Positions 63,477-64,000 of a stretch of 64,000 bases of DNA are shown in pieces (the first letter of the stretch is position 1; each line of letters begins with the position of its first letter). Location of the stretch: the sequence record MT968995.1; one strand, given 5' to 3'. Origin of the DNA: Escherichia phage vB_EcoM_WL-3. The notes below the pieces were generated by a model. That model worked only from the letters and a program-made list of their open reading frames with translations, ran no database searches and was not told the origin of the DNA. The translations under genes were made by a program, and so were the position numbers.

Positions 63477-64000
63477 GTGATTATTTCTAAGTTTGTTACA
63501 ATAAAACCAAGAAATCATTCAAAAATGTGGTCGACAATTCTGGGATATAAAGTATCATATCATGATACAATATCTGTTCCAATAGAATTAATGCCAAAGA
63601 ATAGTAATAAAATAGTTGACGCTAAATGTGATTTGTGTGGTATTAAATTTAGTAGAAGCATTCAGCTTTTAAATAGAACACCCACACATGCATGTAGAAA
63701 ATGTAGCATTAAACAAGTTGCTATTAAAAATTCGGAAGTTCAATCTGGAATAAGCAGACCATGGCAAAGAGGCGATAAACATCCTCGATGGACTGGTAAA
63801 AGAAAAGAGTTTGCATTATATGCTAGTAGAGTTCATTCTATAACTAAGTCAGCTAAAATAAGAAAAATTTGGTCAAAATGGCCGAATGCTGATAAAATAG
63901 GAGTGTGCGGCGTAGAAGGTGCTTACCAACTTGATCACAAGGTATCTATCAAATATGGATTTGATAATTTAATTCCGCCGGAAATTATAGCAAGCGTAAA
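63477..64000 (+). CDS. Free-standing HNH homing endonuclease, partial (runs off window end); mobile element gene where T4 has gene 19
   Basis: Hand-translated frame from GTG 63477 (GAGGAA SD) or ATG 63525; zinc-finger CDLCGIKFSRS...CRKCS; HNH-like core GVEGAYQLDHKVSIKYGFDNLIPPEIIAS; no stop before window end. Confidence 0.65.
   Translation, partial: MIISKFVTIKPRNHSKMWSTILGYKVSYHDTISVPIELMPKNSNKIVDAKCDLCGIKFSRSIQLLNRTPTHACRKCSIKQVAIKNSEVQSGISRPWQRGDKHPRWTGKRKEFALYASRVHSITKSAKIRKIWSKWPNADKIGVCGVEGAYQLDHKVSIKYGFDNLIPPEIIASV

Overview
This window is one contiguous segment of a T4-like (T-even, Tequatrovirus-type) myovirus genome, recognised by near-identical protein sequences and gene order to phage T4; all identifications are by eye from the sequence and recalled T4 knowledge, with no database search run. 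Positions 1-40851 are the minus-strand early/middle region running gene 46 - 47 - a-gt - 55 - nrdH/nrdG/nrdD - 49 - pin - nrdC - the nrdC.x hyperplastic block - a mobD-like HNH gene - rI - tk - regB - GrcA-like - denV - e - nudE - the e.x small-protein cluster - small RNA and tRNA genes - internal-protein locus - 57B/57A - 1 - 3 - 2 - 4. Positions 40899-63437 are the plus-strand late module 53, 5, 5.1, 5.4, 6, 7, 8, 9, 10, 11, 12, wac, 13, 14, 15, 16, 17, 18, ending with a partial HNH endonuclease ORF that runs off the window where T4 has gene 19. I found nine tRNA genes, many T4-type early promoter cassettes, TATAAATA late promoters and GC-hairpin terminators. No CRISPR array, integrase or clearly novel multi-gene system was found. 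The most interesting items are accessory: a TARG1-like macrodomain protein, a rearranged set of three capsid-targeted internal proteins, four tandem similar-architecture coiled-coil-tailed proteins, an AAA ATPase next to a nucleotidyltransferase, a tRNA set that differs from T4 with an unusual ORF in the tRNA gap, and a GC-rich structured intergenic segment. The ORF track prints M for GTG/TTG starts, so several starts were moved to internal ATGs with a Shine-Dalgarno sequence.
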